Below, piece after piece: positions 25,772 to 34,285 of a DNA stretch of 34,285 nt. Numbering within the stretch: position 1 is the stretch's first letter; the number at the start of each line of letters is the position of its first letter. The stretch spans positions 1-34,285 of the forward strand of contig JAJYPT010000002.1 in assembly GCA_021795135.1 (NCBI GenBank), in the 5' to 3' direction. The DNA comes from Actinomycetes bacterium (GTDB lineage Bacteria > Actinomycetota > Acidimicrobiia > Acidimicrobiales > JAJYPT01). The notes beneath the pieces are model-generated. The model ran no database searches and was not told where the DNA came from. It was given only the letters and a program-made list of their open reading frames with translations. The position numbers and the translations under genes are program-made.

Positions 25772-26410
25772 ATGGGATTTTTTACTGGATTTAAAGTTAC
25801 GTTTAAACAAATCTTCAAACCCAGGGTTACTATTTCTTACCCTGAAAAGAAGCATCCAAAACCAGAACGTTTTCATGGTCGTCATGTTTTGAATCGTTAT
25901 GAAGACGGCATGGAAAAATGTATTGGTTGCGAATTATGTGCTGGAGTTTGTCCTGCTAAGTGTATATATGTGCGAGGCGCAGACAACGATCCCAACAACC
26001 CCACTTCTGCTGGAGAACGTTTTGGTTATGTGTATGAAATAAATTATCTTCGATGTATCCATTGTGATCTTTGTGTTGAAGCTTGTCCAACTGAGGCTAT
26101 TACTGAATCAAAGATGTTTGAATTTTCTTTTACCAATAGACAAGATGCAATATATACCAGACAAGAACTTGTTGTAGCAGATGATGGTCATCCTAAAAAA
26201 ATGCCATGGGAAGATTGGAGAGAAGGAGACGATCTACATACTTCTGCTTGGATGAGGGCTACTTCTCCTTCTGGGGATGCTAGTTATGAAGGAGTTCCTA
26301 GTTGGTCTGGCGAATTGGGATATGGAGTGCGTGAACCAGAAAAGGGTCAATCAGTTAGTGAAACTGATTCTTTTGAACAATTGCCCCCAAAGGGTGGTTC
26401 TAAAAATTGA
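25772..26410 (+). CDS. nuoI: NADH-quinone oxidoreductase subunit I
   Basis: Two 4Fe-4S ferredoxin motifs are present: CIGCELCAGVCP and CIHCDLCVEACP. RBS AAGGAGGG upstream. There is a C-terminal extension of about 60 aa. Confidence 0.93.
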   Translation: MGFFTGFKVTFKQIFKPRVTISYPEKKHPKPERFHGRHVLNRYEDGMEKCIGCELCAGVCPAKCIYVRGADNDPNNPTSAGERFGYVYEINYLRCIHCDLCVEACPTEAITESKMFEFSFTNRQDAIYTRQELVVADDGHPKKMPWEDWREGDDLHTSAWMRATSPSGDASYEGVPSWSGELGYGVREPEKGQSVSETDSFEQLPPKGGSKN

Positions 26411-27081
26411 TTAATAGTTTGATTTTCTATCCTCTTTTGGCTACAAGTCTAGTTAGTATTTCTGTTTTTGTTGTTGGCGCTGCTATAGTTTTAGCCGGAG
26501 CTTGCGGTGTAGTTTTAGCTAAAAATGCTGTTCATTCAGCTTTGTTTTTAGTCATGACTTTATTTGGAATAGCGGTATTGTTTGTATCAGAACAAGCTAA
26601 CTTTTTAGCAGCTGTCCAGATAATAGTTTATGCAGGAGCAATTGTAGTTTTATTTTTATTTGTCATTATGTTATTGGGAGTTGACAATCTAGAACTTCAA
26701 CCCATTGAATCCAAACCAAGAAAAGTCCTAGGAGCAGTTCTTATTGGTTTAGTTGTTTTAGCTGAAATACTTTTGCTGTCTCGTAATAGCTGGACAAGTG
26801 GAGCGCCTTCAACCTCAGGAGTGGCTTTTGGCCCTGGTCCAACTATTAATAGATTGGCCGACTCCATTTTTAGTTCTTATCTTTTAGCTTTTGAAGCCAC
26901 TTCTGCTTTGTTGATTATTGCTGTAATTTCAGCAGTGGTTTTAGTAAGACGTAACAACTTTGATTCCACACAAGAAGATGATTTCGAGAACCAGATGCCA
27001 AAACAAATTTTAGAATCTGATTCTTTATCTTCTACAACTGGAACAAATGCCAATAAAGAAACCAAAGGGAATCTGTTATGA
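26407..27081 (+). CDS. nuoJ: NADH-quinone oxidoreductase subunit J
   Basis: Five TM segments, with [18 protein letters not shown] and [22 protein letters not shown]. The TTG start overlaps the nuoI stop. The C-terminal tail is hydrophilic. Confidence 0.88.
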   Translation: MINSLIFYPLLATSLVSISVFVVGAAIVLAGACGVVLAKNAVHSALFLVMTLFGIAVLFVSEQANFLAAVQIIVYAGAIVVLFLFVIMLLGVDNLELQPIESKPRKVLGAVLIGLVVLAEILLLSRNSWTSGAPSTSGVAFGPGPTINRLADSIFSSYLLAFEATSALLIIAVISAVVLVRRNNFDSTQEDDFENQMPKQILESDSLSSTTGTNANKETKGNLL

Positions 27082-27383
27082 GCGTAAGTGGTACTTGGTA
27101 TTTAACCTTGGCAGCTGCCTTATTTAGCATTGGTGCCATAGGGTTATTGATAAGAAGAAATATCTTGATCATGTTTATGTGCATCGAGCTAATGTTGAAT
27201 GCTGTGAATTTAAGTTTTGTCACTTTTTCTAGAACTTTAAATGATATCGGGGGGCAATCATCAGTTTTTTTTGTTTTAGTAGTAGCCGCTGCTGAGGTAG
27301 TAGTTGGTCTTGGAATCATAGTAATGATCTTTAGACGAAGTGCAACTACCAATGCTGATGATTTGCATATGCTGAAAGGCTAA
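27078..27383 (+). CDS. nuoK: NADH-quinone oxidoreductase subunit K
   Basis: 101 aa with three TM segments, [15 protein letters not shown] and [15 protein letters not shown]. The ATG overlaps the nuoJ stop. Confidence 0.92.
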   Translation: MSVSGTWYLTLAAALFSIGAIGLLIRRNILIMFMCIELMLNAVNLSFVTFSRTLNDIGGQSSVFFVLVVAAAEVVVGLGIIVMIFRRSATTNADDLHMLKG

Positions 27384-27385
27384 AG

Positions 27386-29275
27386 ATGACTATTGCTTTT
27401 CTAATTCCACTGCTGCCACTATTGGGCTTTGTGTTGCTATTAATTTTTGGGAAAAAACTAGGCTCACCTAATTCAGGATGGTTAGCCACAGCAGCTGTAG
27501 GTGCTTCATTTGTTGTTTCTTGTGTGGTGCTGTTTTCTTTCCTTTCCCGCTCAGCTGGCAATCCTTATAGAGTTCAACACTTTTTTACTTGGATGAGCGT
27601 AGCTAATTTTCACCTAGATGTAGGACTTTTGATTGATCCTTTATCACTTACCATGGTTCTTTTTGTAACTGGGGTAAGTACTTTGATCCACCTTTATTCA
27701 ATTGGCTACATGAAAGGTGATAGAGACTTTTCTAAGTTTTTCCTCTACCTAAACTTATTTGTGGCCTCAATGGTCATTTTGGTTTTATCAGATAATTTCA
27801 TTTTGACTTTTGTTGGCTGGGAAGGAGTGGGAGCTTGTTCTTATCTCTTGGTAGCTTTTTGGTTTGAAAGACCAAGAGCAGCAAGTGCGGGAAAGAAGGC
27901 TTTTGTAGTCAACAGAATAGGAGACTTTGGCTTTCTTCTTGCTTCATTTTTGATTTTTCAAAGGCTACATTCGCTCAATTACAAAACAGATTTTTCACAT
28001 TTGAATTTATTATCTCCAACTTCGGCAACTGTTATTGCTTTGTTATTATTTTTAGCAGCTGTGGGTAAATCAGCCCAGTTTCCATTATTTACTTGGTTGG
28101 TAGATGCAATGGAGGGTCCAACTCCTGTTTCAGCTTTGATCCATGCAGCTACCATGGTTACTGCTGGAGTATTTTTAATGGTTAGAGTAGCTCCTATTTT
28201 AGCTTTGAGTCATATAGCTTTATTGACTATAGCTATAGTTGGTCTAGCAACTGCTTTTATAGGTGCAACCAGTGCATGTGCTCAAAATGACATTAAAAAA
28301 GTTTTAGCTTATTCGACTGTGTCCCAACTTGGTTATATGTTTCTAGCTGTAGGTTCTCAAGCATATGTTGCAGCAATATTTTTGATGGTAGCGCATGCTT
28401 TTTATAAAGCCCTATTATTTTTAGGTGCTGGTTCGGTGATACATGGACTACATGACGAACAAGATATCAAAAAGATGGGCGGACTAAGAAAATGGATGCC
28501 AGCTACTTCCATAACCTTTATTATTGGTTGGCTGGCCATAGGAGGAGTTCCTCCTTTTGCAGGTTTTTGGGCAAAAGGTGATGTATTGCTTGGGGCTTTT
28601 TCTAACAGTCCTATATTGTGGGCAATTGGAGCCTTTACTGGTGGACTTACCGCTTATTATATTGGACGAGAAGTATATCTAGTATTTTTTGGTGAACCAC
28701 GTTGGCAGCAATTGGCAGTCAAGGGACCATTTCATGATTCGGTTCATGAGTCTCCCCGAATTATGTTAATACCACTTTATGTTTTGGCTATCTTTTCGGT
28801 TTTAGGTGGCTTGTTGGATCTTCCTTTTTCAAAACATCTTGGATTCTTGGGACGATGGTTAGCTCCTTTGTTTGCTGGACTACCCCAGTTGCAAAGAGTT
28901 CCGGTTAGTCTAGAAATTACCTTGGGAACAGTCGATGCAATATTGGCTATTGCTGGAGTAGTTGTAGCTCATTTAATTTGGTCTAAAAATTGGCAGAAGC
29001 CATCTTTGGAGCCCGTATTTTTAAATCAGGGTTGGAAAGTGGATTCTACTTCTGATGCAGTTGTGGCAAGACCAGGAGCTACTGTGGCAAGACTAAGTTC
29101 TTTATTTGATTCCACTTTTATTGATGGAATTGTCAATGGAGTTGGGGCATTGGGAGTAAAAATAGGTACTAGTATAAGGAAGCTTCAAAATGGTTATATC
29201 CGAAACTATGCTATGGGCATAGCAATTGGAACGGTGTTGTTGTTAGCTATTGAGCTATTGAGAGTAACTCCATGA
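27386..29275 (+). CDS. nuoL: NADH-quinone oxidoreductase subunit L
   Basis: 629-aa antiporter-like subunit with WEGVGACSYLLVAFW, GKSAQFPLFTWLVDAMEGPTPVSALIHAATMV and a C-terminal lateral-helix region. Confidence 0.93.
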   Translation: MTIAFLIPLLPLLGFVLLLIFGKKLGSPNSGWLATAAVGASFVVSCVVLFSFLSRSAGNPYRVQHFFTWMSVANFHLDVGLLIDPLSLTMVLFVTGVSTLIHLYSIGYMKGDRDFSKFFLYLNLFVASMVILVLSDNFILTFVGWEGVGACSYLLVAFWFERPRAASAGKKAFVVNRIGDFGFLLASFLIFQRLHSLNYKTDFSHLNLLSPTSATVIALLLFLAAVGKSAQFPLFTWLVDAMEGPTPVSALIHAATMVTAGVFLMVRVAPILALSHIALLTIAIVGLATAFIGATSACAQNDIKKVLAYSTVSQLGYMFLAVGSQAYVAAIFLMVAHAFYKALLFLGAGSVIHGLHDEQDIKKMGGLRKWMPATSITFIIGWLAIGGVPPFAGFWAKGDVLLGAFSNSPILWAIGAFTGGLTAYYIGREVYLVFFGEPRWQQLAVKGPFHDSVHESPRIMLIPLYVLAIFSVLGGLLDLPFSKHLGFLGRWLAPLFAGLPQLQRVPVSLEITLGTVDAILAIAGVVVAHLIWSKNWQKPSLEPVFLNQGWKVDSTSDAVVARPGATVARLSSLFDSTFIDGIVNGVGALGVKIGTSIRKLQNGYIRNYAMGIAIGTVLLLAIELLRVTP

Positions 29276-30816
29276 CTTTACTAGCAGTTTTACACTTTCC
29301 TCTTTTGAGCTCATTGGTAATACTTCCTATTATCTTTGCTATAGGAGTTGCTCTTATTCCTAAAGACCAAGTAATTGTCATAAAGGCACTTGCTGGGGTT
29401 GCTTCTTTGATTGAATTATTTTTAGGTTTGATGTTGCTGCTCATCTTTAAAACCAACCATGGTGGTTTTCAATTTGTTTCTCTACATTCTTGGATATCTT
29501 CTTTTGGCATATCATGGTATCTAGGGGTAGATGGAATTTCGCTATTTTTGGTTTTGCTTTCCATAATTTTATTTCCCATAGCTATTTTAGCGCCGAGGTC
29601 ATCAAGGGAACCTAAATCTTTTATGGCCTGGATGCTTGTCCTAGAAGGTGCTTCTATAGGTAGTTTTTTGTCTTTGGATTTGTTTTTGTTCTTTGCTTTT
29701 TTTGAGCTTACCTTAGTGCCTACTTATTTCATTATTTCTGGATGGGGACATCAAAAACGCAATTACGCTTCTTATAAGTTTTTTCTTTACACATTTTTAG
29801 GATCAGCTTTTTTATTGGTAGGAATTTTAGCTTTGGTAGTTTTGCATCAAAGCGCTACAGGAGTTTTAACCTTCAATTTGTTAAAGCTTGCCTCTAGGCA
29901 AACTTTTACTACTACTACAGGAATCTTTTTATTCTTAGCATTTACGATTGCTTTTGCGATAAAGACTCCTATAGTTCCTTTCCATACTTGGTCTCCTGAT
30001 GCTTATGGCGAAGCTCCAGCTGGAGGATCTTTAATCCTTGCTGGAATTTTGGCAAAACTTGGCACCTATGGAATGATTAGATTTGATTTAACTCTTTTCC
30101 CCACAGCTTCTATAAAGCTTGCTCCTATATTGGCTACCCTTGGAGTTATAGGTATTATTTACGGGGCTTTAGTAGCTTCAGCTCAAAAAGATTTAAAACG
30201 TTTGATAGCTTATTCTTCTGTGGCTCACCTTGGCTTCATAGTACTTGGCATATTTGCCTTTAGTGCGATTAGCGTATCAGGTGGAGTATTGCAAATGGTC
30301 AATCATGGAATTATAACAGCAGGTCTATTTTTGCTTATAGCCATGATTTATGAAAGAAGAGGAACCCATCTTATTGAGGACCTCAAGGGTTTACAAAAGC
30401 CCGCACCTGTTTTGGCTGCGATTTTTACTCTTGTAATGTTTTCAGCCTTTGCAGTTCCTGGCCTCAATGGCTTTACTGGTGAATTTTTAATTTTGCTAGG
30501 AGCTTTCCCAACTATGGGAATTTGGGTGGTGTTTGCTACAGCAGGGGTAATCTTGGCTGCTTTATATATGCTTTGGGCATATCAAAGAACTTTCCATGGT
30601 CCCGCCGAAGGGGCTAATGCTCACATATTTGATTTAAATACAAAAGAAAGACTTCTTATGGTTCCTTTTGTTATCCTTATAGTTTTTATAGGAGTTTTTC
30701 CTCAGCCTTTACTTTCGAGAATAGATCCTTCAGTAAGGCAGTTGGTGCATCATGTTGAACAACACATGACTAAAACGTCTCCTTCTCAATTAGCAAGTGC
30801 CAAGGCGGGTAAATGA
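29272..30816 (+). CDS. nuoM: NADH-quinone oxidoreductase subunit M
   Basis: Antiporter-like subunit with FAIKTPIVPFHTWSPDAYGEAP and LIAYSSVAHLGF. The ATG overlaps the nuoL stop. Confidence 0.93.
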   Translation: MTLLAVLHFPLLSSLVILPIIFAIGVALIPKDQVIVIKALAGVASLIELFLGLMLLLIFKTNHGGFQFVSLHSWISSFGISWYLGVDGISLFLVLLSIILFPIAILAPRSSREPKSFMAWMLVLEGASIGSFLSLDLFLFFAFFELTLVPTYFIISGWGHQKRNYASYKFFLYTFLGSAFLLVGILALVVLHQSATGVLTFNLLKLASRQTFTTTTGIFLFLAFTIAFAIKTPIVPFHTWSPDAYGEAPAGGSLILAGILAKLGTYGMIRFDLTLFPTASIKLAPILATLGVIGIIYGALVASAQKDLKRLIAYSSVAHLGFIVLGIFAFSAISVSGGVLQMVNHGIITAGLFLLIAMIYERRGTHLIEDLKGLQKPAPVLAAIFTLVMFSAFAVPGLNGFTGEFLILLGAFPTMGIWVVFATAGVILAALYMLWAYQRTFHGPAEGANAHIFDLNTKERLLMVPFVILIVFIGVFPQPLLSRIDPSVRQLVHHVEQHMTKTSPSQLASAKAGK

Positions 30817-32303
30817 GTTCTTTATTATTAGCAAGTTTTACTCCTCCCACGGTTCAATACTCTGCAATTGCACCAGAATTATTTTTAGCTGGGACTGCTT
30901 TGTTTATTTTACTCTTGGTTGCCCTACGCTCTAAGAAAGCTATCCCTGGGATCTATTCTTTGATAACAATCCTTGGATCAGTTGGTTCGATGATAGCGTC
31001 ATTTTTACTTTGGCCAAGTGTTGTTTCCAAAAGCTATTTCGCTTTAGATGGGGCTATATCAGTTGATGGGTTTAGTATATTTTTCTTCGTTGCTATTGCC
31101 ATAGCGATGGTCCTATCTGCTGCTTTGATAGATTCTTTTTTGAAACGAGAAGGAATCGAATTTCCCGAGCTATATGTGTTGATGCTACTGTCAGCAACTG
31201 GAGCTGATTTGATGGCTGCGGGAAATGATCTTATAGTTATATTTTTGGGTTTAGAGATTCTTTCTTTGCCCTTGTATGTATTAGCTGCGACAAATGCTAA
31301 AAAACTAGGTTCAACTGAAGCAGCGATGAAATATTTTATTCTTGGAGCTTTTTCGTCTGCATTGTTCTTATATGGAATTGCTTTGACCTATGGAGCTACT
31401 GGATCTACTAATTTGACTGTAATAGCAAGTTTTCTTTCTTCAAACCTTGTGCCCAATGATGGTCTTCTCGCTGCAGGAATTACGCTTTTGTTGGTAGGGT
31501 TTGGCTTTAAAATATCTTTGGTTCCATTTCATTTTTGGACTCCTGATGTATATCAAGGATCTCCTTCTCCTATAACAGGATTTATGGCATCAGTAGCAAA
31601 AATTGGTGGATTTGCTGCTTTGTTAAGAGTTTTCATGACTAGCTTTTCGGTAATGCAATTGGATTGGCAACCTATAGTTGCGCTCTTGGCTGTTATCACT
31701 TTGTTAGTCGGGGCAGTGTTGACAATAGTCCAAAAAGATGTAAAAAGAATGTTGGCTTATTCTTCTATTAGCCATGCTGGTTTTATTTTACTTGGCCTAG
31801 AAGCAGCTTCAGGAAAGGGAGTAGCTAGTTCTCTTTTTTACCTCTTTACCTATAGCATAATGGTTATAGGCAGTTTTGCAGTGGTTACTCTTGTGGCAAA
31901 CAAAGGTGATAAGCGACATGATCTGGAAAATTACAGAGGACTTTCTTCCTCAAGGCCAATTTTAGCTTTTTCTTTTGCCATATTGCTTTTGGCCCAAGCA
32001 GGTGTTCCCTTTACTACAGGATTTTTTGCGAAATTTTATGTTCTAACAGCACAAGTAAATGCTCATTCCTATTTATTGGCGATAATAGCTATGATCTCAG
32101 CAGTAATTACTGCTTTTTTCTACCTAAGATTGGCTCTAGTAATGTTTAGCCCAATACCACTTTCGTCTCCAAACAGAATAAAAACGGCAATTCCCCCAGG
32201 TGCTGGCATTGTTATTGGGATAACTGTCGCCTTTACAATAATTTTTGGAATTTTACCTGAACCTATAATTAATTTTGCAACTCATGCAAAATTGCTTTTT
32301 TGA
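30813..32303 (+). CDS. nuoN: NADH-quinone oxidoreductase subunit N
   Basis: Antiporter-like subunit with GFKISLVPFHFWTPDVYQGSP and MLAYSSISHAGF. The ATG overlaps the nuoM stop. It is the last gene of the cluster. Confidence 0.93.
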   Translation: MSSLLLASFTPPTVQYSAIAPELFLAGTALFILLLVALRSKKAIPGIYSLITILGSVGSMIASFLLWPSVVSKSYFALDGAISVDGFSIFFFVAIAIAMVLSAALIDSFLKREGIEFPELYVLMLLSATGADLMAAGNDLIVIFLGLEILSLPLYVLAATNAKKLGSTEAAMKYFILGAFSSALFLYGIALTYGATGSTNLTVIASFLSSNLVPNDGLLAAGITLLLVGFGFKISLVPFHFWTPDVYQGSPSPITGFMASVAKIGGFAALLRVFMTSFSVMQLDWQPIVALLAVITLLVGAVLTIVQKDVKRMLAYSSISHAGFILLGLEAASGKGVASSLFYLFTYSIMVIGSFAVVTLVANKGDKRHDLENYRGLSSSRPILAFSFAILLLAQAGVPFTTGFFAKFYVLTAQVNAHSYLLAIIAMISAVITAFFYLRLALVMFSPIPLSSPNRIKTAIPPGAGIVIGITVAFTIIFGILPEPIINFATHAKLLF

Positions 32304-32306
32304 TAA

Positions 32307-32330
32307 CTCATTTTTTGTGGAAAAAATGAG
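32307..32330. terminator. Candidate bidirectional terminator hairpin between convergent nuoN and mprF-like genes
   Basis: Perfect 10-bp inverted repeat: CTCATTTTTT (32307-32316) and AAAAAATGAG (32321-32330), with loop GTGG. It starts 4 nt after the nuoN stop. The stem is AT-rich and therefore weak. Confidence 0.4.
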
Positions 32331-32427
32331 TAGGAGAAATACAAATTTTTCAGCACGAGTCGATTTTGCCATGGGAACATTGAGCTAACTTATGTGATGC
32401 TGATATCAATGGAATTAGAATTTACTA

Positions 32428-34227
32428 TTAGGATTTAGTATTTTGTTTTTCATTTGAGGTAGTCAATTCCTCTTTGTTGTTATCGATTTTATTTTTCTTG
32501 CTTTTTGATGAAGACAACAACTTTCCTACCACAGGTAGTTCCCAAAACGATTCTGCCCGAGCAATAGCCAAGGCAACAGAGAGAGCATTTTCTGTAGAGT
32601 CATATACAGCAAATCTAGGTTGCCAAGAGGGATCATATTTTGCATTAAATTTCCATAAGGACTCAATTTGCATTGAGGAAGACATTTTTTTAAGCATCCA
32701 ACGTTCTACTCTTTGAGTCAAAGAATCTCCAGCTTCTCCAGCTAGAACTGCTCTCATAGTTGCAAAGTTGAGTCCTAGTTTTGTAAAACCTCGTTTTTTT
32801 AGTTCTTCAATAGTTGATACAACTACAAAATCCATTAGCCCATTAGGGTGTTCTTTATTATCTCGTCGCATCAAATCTAAGGAAAATCCATTGATTCCAG
32901 GAGCTGGAACATATTGACAAAAAGCAACAGGATTTCCTTCGGGGTCACTTGCTAGGGCTAGAAGCAGGCCTTCGTCAATAGGATCAAAAATTCTTCCTAA
33001 GGTCATAGAAAATCCACGTTCTACTTCCCCTTTTCGACTCTTTGACATCAAAGGAGTAAGTTTTTCTTTCAAAGTAGCATCAATTGAAGCTGGATCATGA
33101 AATGAAATCGTATATCCGTTGCGTTCGATGCGGTTGACTGCTTGGCGCAAAGACTTATTTCTTCCCCCTTCTAAAGAGAAGTTTTCTAAATCTACTACCG
33201 CTTCATCTCCTAGGTATAAATCTTGCATTCCAAGTTGACGATATACCGAAAGCCAGTCTTGGCCAGCTCCAAGAACTGCCAAGGTCCATCCTTGTTTGTC
33301 TGTAAAGGTATGAAATTCTTTCCAAACGGCGTCTCTTTCTGATTCTGGGCCAATAGGATCAGGAGAGACTAGGCATACTCCTGAATAGACTGCATAAGCC
33401 ACTACACTTTGAAGGTAAAAGAACCACTGCTTGTCAGAGCGCAAAGCAAAATAATCTAAAGTACCCTTTGCGTGTAATTTGACTATTTCTTTTGCCTGTT
33501 TGAACTCAGATCCGCCTTTGTTGTCTGTATTTCTTGTAACAACGGGTCTAAAAATCAATAAAAGACCTGTTGCAGCTAGAAATATTCCAATTGCAAAAAG
33601 AGCTGGGCTTAAGAACACATTTACTCTATGGGGTAGAAAAACGCTTTGAATACCTATCATGCGTTGGGTAACAGCTTCTAGTGCTGTAAAGACTCCAAGA
33701 GGGTGATGGTGGTGGCTGAATGCTAGCCAAGCCTCCAAGGACATAGTAGAAAGTCCAATTGTTAGTACTAGTCCCAAAATTACTGTTTTGATTCCAATCT
33801 TCAAAGAGCGGCGATCAGTTGTGGCTTTGAACGAACTTTCATTTCTCAATAGGAAAATGAATACAACTAAAGCAGTTATAGCTTCTTCTAGATTTCCTCC
33901 ATTGACTAAGTTCAAAACAGTAGTACTAGCTAAAAGTACTAGGGAAATAAACCAGCCTTGGCGCTGCCCCCTGCGCACACTTCGGGCGAGTAAAAGAAGG
34001 ACTAAACCAAAAAGCGCGACTAAAGCTCCTGCTGCTACAGTTACACCAAAAGGGATTATGTCTAAAACTATTTCTAGGCGACCTTTCAAAGGAGGTGTTA
34101 TACCAGAGGCAAGGTCTAATAGTCCCGAAATTGCTATAGCAGAAGCTGCTAATCTTCTTTTCTTTTTTGTTTTAGTCAAGATACTAGGCATAGGTGGCCA
34201 ACTTTTCCCGTCTGGATAAGAAGCCAC
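32428..34227 (-). CDS. MprF-like aminoacyl-phosphatidylglycerol synthase (TM domain plus DUF2156 lysyl/alanyl-PG synthase domain)
   Basis: The N-terminal half has about 6 TM segments. The C-terminal domain carries family-typical segments (LDYFALRSDKQWFF, VAYAVYSGVCLVSPDPIGP, GWTLAVLGAG, FSLEGGRNKSLRQAVNR, FSLDLMRR, NFATMR, LWKFNAKYDPSWQPRF). The track start is GTG at 34227, but the frame stays open to the window edge, so the 5' end may be incomplete. Confidence 0.7.
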   Translation of the reverse strand: MASYPDGKSWPPMPSILTKTKKKRRLAASAIAISGLLDLASGITPPLKGRLEIVLDIIPFGVTVAAGALVALFGLVLLLLARSVRRGQRQGWFISLVLLASTTVLNLVNGGNLEEAITALVVFIFLLRNESSFKATTDRRSLKIGIKTVILGLVLTIGLSTMSLEAWLAFSHHHHPLGVFTALEAVTQRMIGIQSVFLPHRVNVFLSPALFAIGIFLAATGLLLIFRPVVTRNTDNKGGSEFKQAKEIVKLHAKGTLDYFALRSDKQWFFYLQSVVAYAVYSGVCLVSPDPIGPESERDAVWKEFHTFTDKQGWTLAVLGAGQDWLSVYRQLGMQDLYLGDEAVVDLENFSLEGGRNKSLRQAVNRIERNGYTISFHDPASIDATLKEKLTPLMSKSRKGEVERGFSMTLGRIFDPIDEGLLLALASDPEGNPVAFCQYVPAPGINGFSLDLMRRDNKEHPNGLMDFVVVSTIEELKKRGFTKLGLNFATMRAVLAGEAGDSLTQRVERWMLKKMSSSMQIESLWKFNAKYDPSWQPRFAVYDSTENALSVALAIARAESFWELPVVGKLLSSSKSKKNKIDNNKEELTTSNEKQNTKS

Positions 34228-34285
34228 AACCTTAGGTCTGGTATCTTTAGAAGTATTTTTAGATTTAGAAATAAACCTTTCAATC

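Noticed and set aside
33788-34219. 143-aa basic ORF on the plus strand opposite the N-terminal TM region of the MprF-like gene.
   Set aside because: It is the mirror image of a hydrophobic TM-coding region, which gives a Lys/Arg/Thr-rich antisense frame. It has no start context or motifs and is most likely spurious.
1-34285. I scanned all intergenic regions for tRNA, rRNA or other structured RNA genes, CRISPR arrays and defence-system genes.
   Set aside because: The intergenic regions are short and AT-rich. They contain no cloverleaf-like or repeat-spacer structure. Every large ORF is accounted for by a housekeeping or transport/metabolic family, so none of these elements is reported.

Overview
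This is a 34.3-kb chromosomal segment that is visibly AT-rich (G+C was not computed). I can support 36 protein genes. I found no rRNA, tRNA, CRISPR array, transposase or integrase. Gene content and order point to a low-GC, streamlined member of the Actinomycetota. In order, the genes are: an RsiG-like ORF, mshA (mycothiol), proC, a small BldC/excisionase-type HTH gene, a DUF62 SAM hydrolase, and rex with a heme-precursor cluster (sirC-like, hemA, hemC, then a terminator and spacer, then hemD, hemB, hemL). These are followed by a geranylgeranyl-reductase-family flavoprotein divergent from a complete, translationally coupled nuoA-N operon (about 15.2 kb), and a convergent MprF-like aminoacyl-phosphatidylglycerol synthase. 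The only accessory-looking stretch is roughly 2.8-7.6 kb. It holds an Lrp/AsnC regulator, a copper (TPQ) amine oxidase plus APC permease operon, and a divergently transcribed small membrane protein that resembles a NiCoT metal permease with its metal-ligand signature substituted. The observations most worth a second look are: (i) the first ORF carries two copies of the RsiG c-di-GMP-binding motif; (ii) the amine-oxidase cassette and its degenerate NiCoT-like neighbour; (iii) a near-consensus Rex operator overlapping a promoter that would give a leaderless rex mRNA; (iv) an intrinsic terminator plus a repeat-bearing 210-bp AT-rich spacer splitting hemC from hemD; (v) non-canonical residues at functionally important positions in the DUF62 enzyme and in HemB. 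I found no convincing defence system, mobile element or wholly novel multi-gene system. Most of the window is core housekeeping, and the interest scores reflect that.
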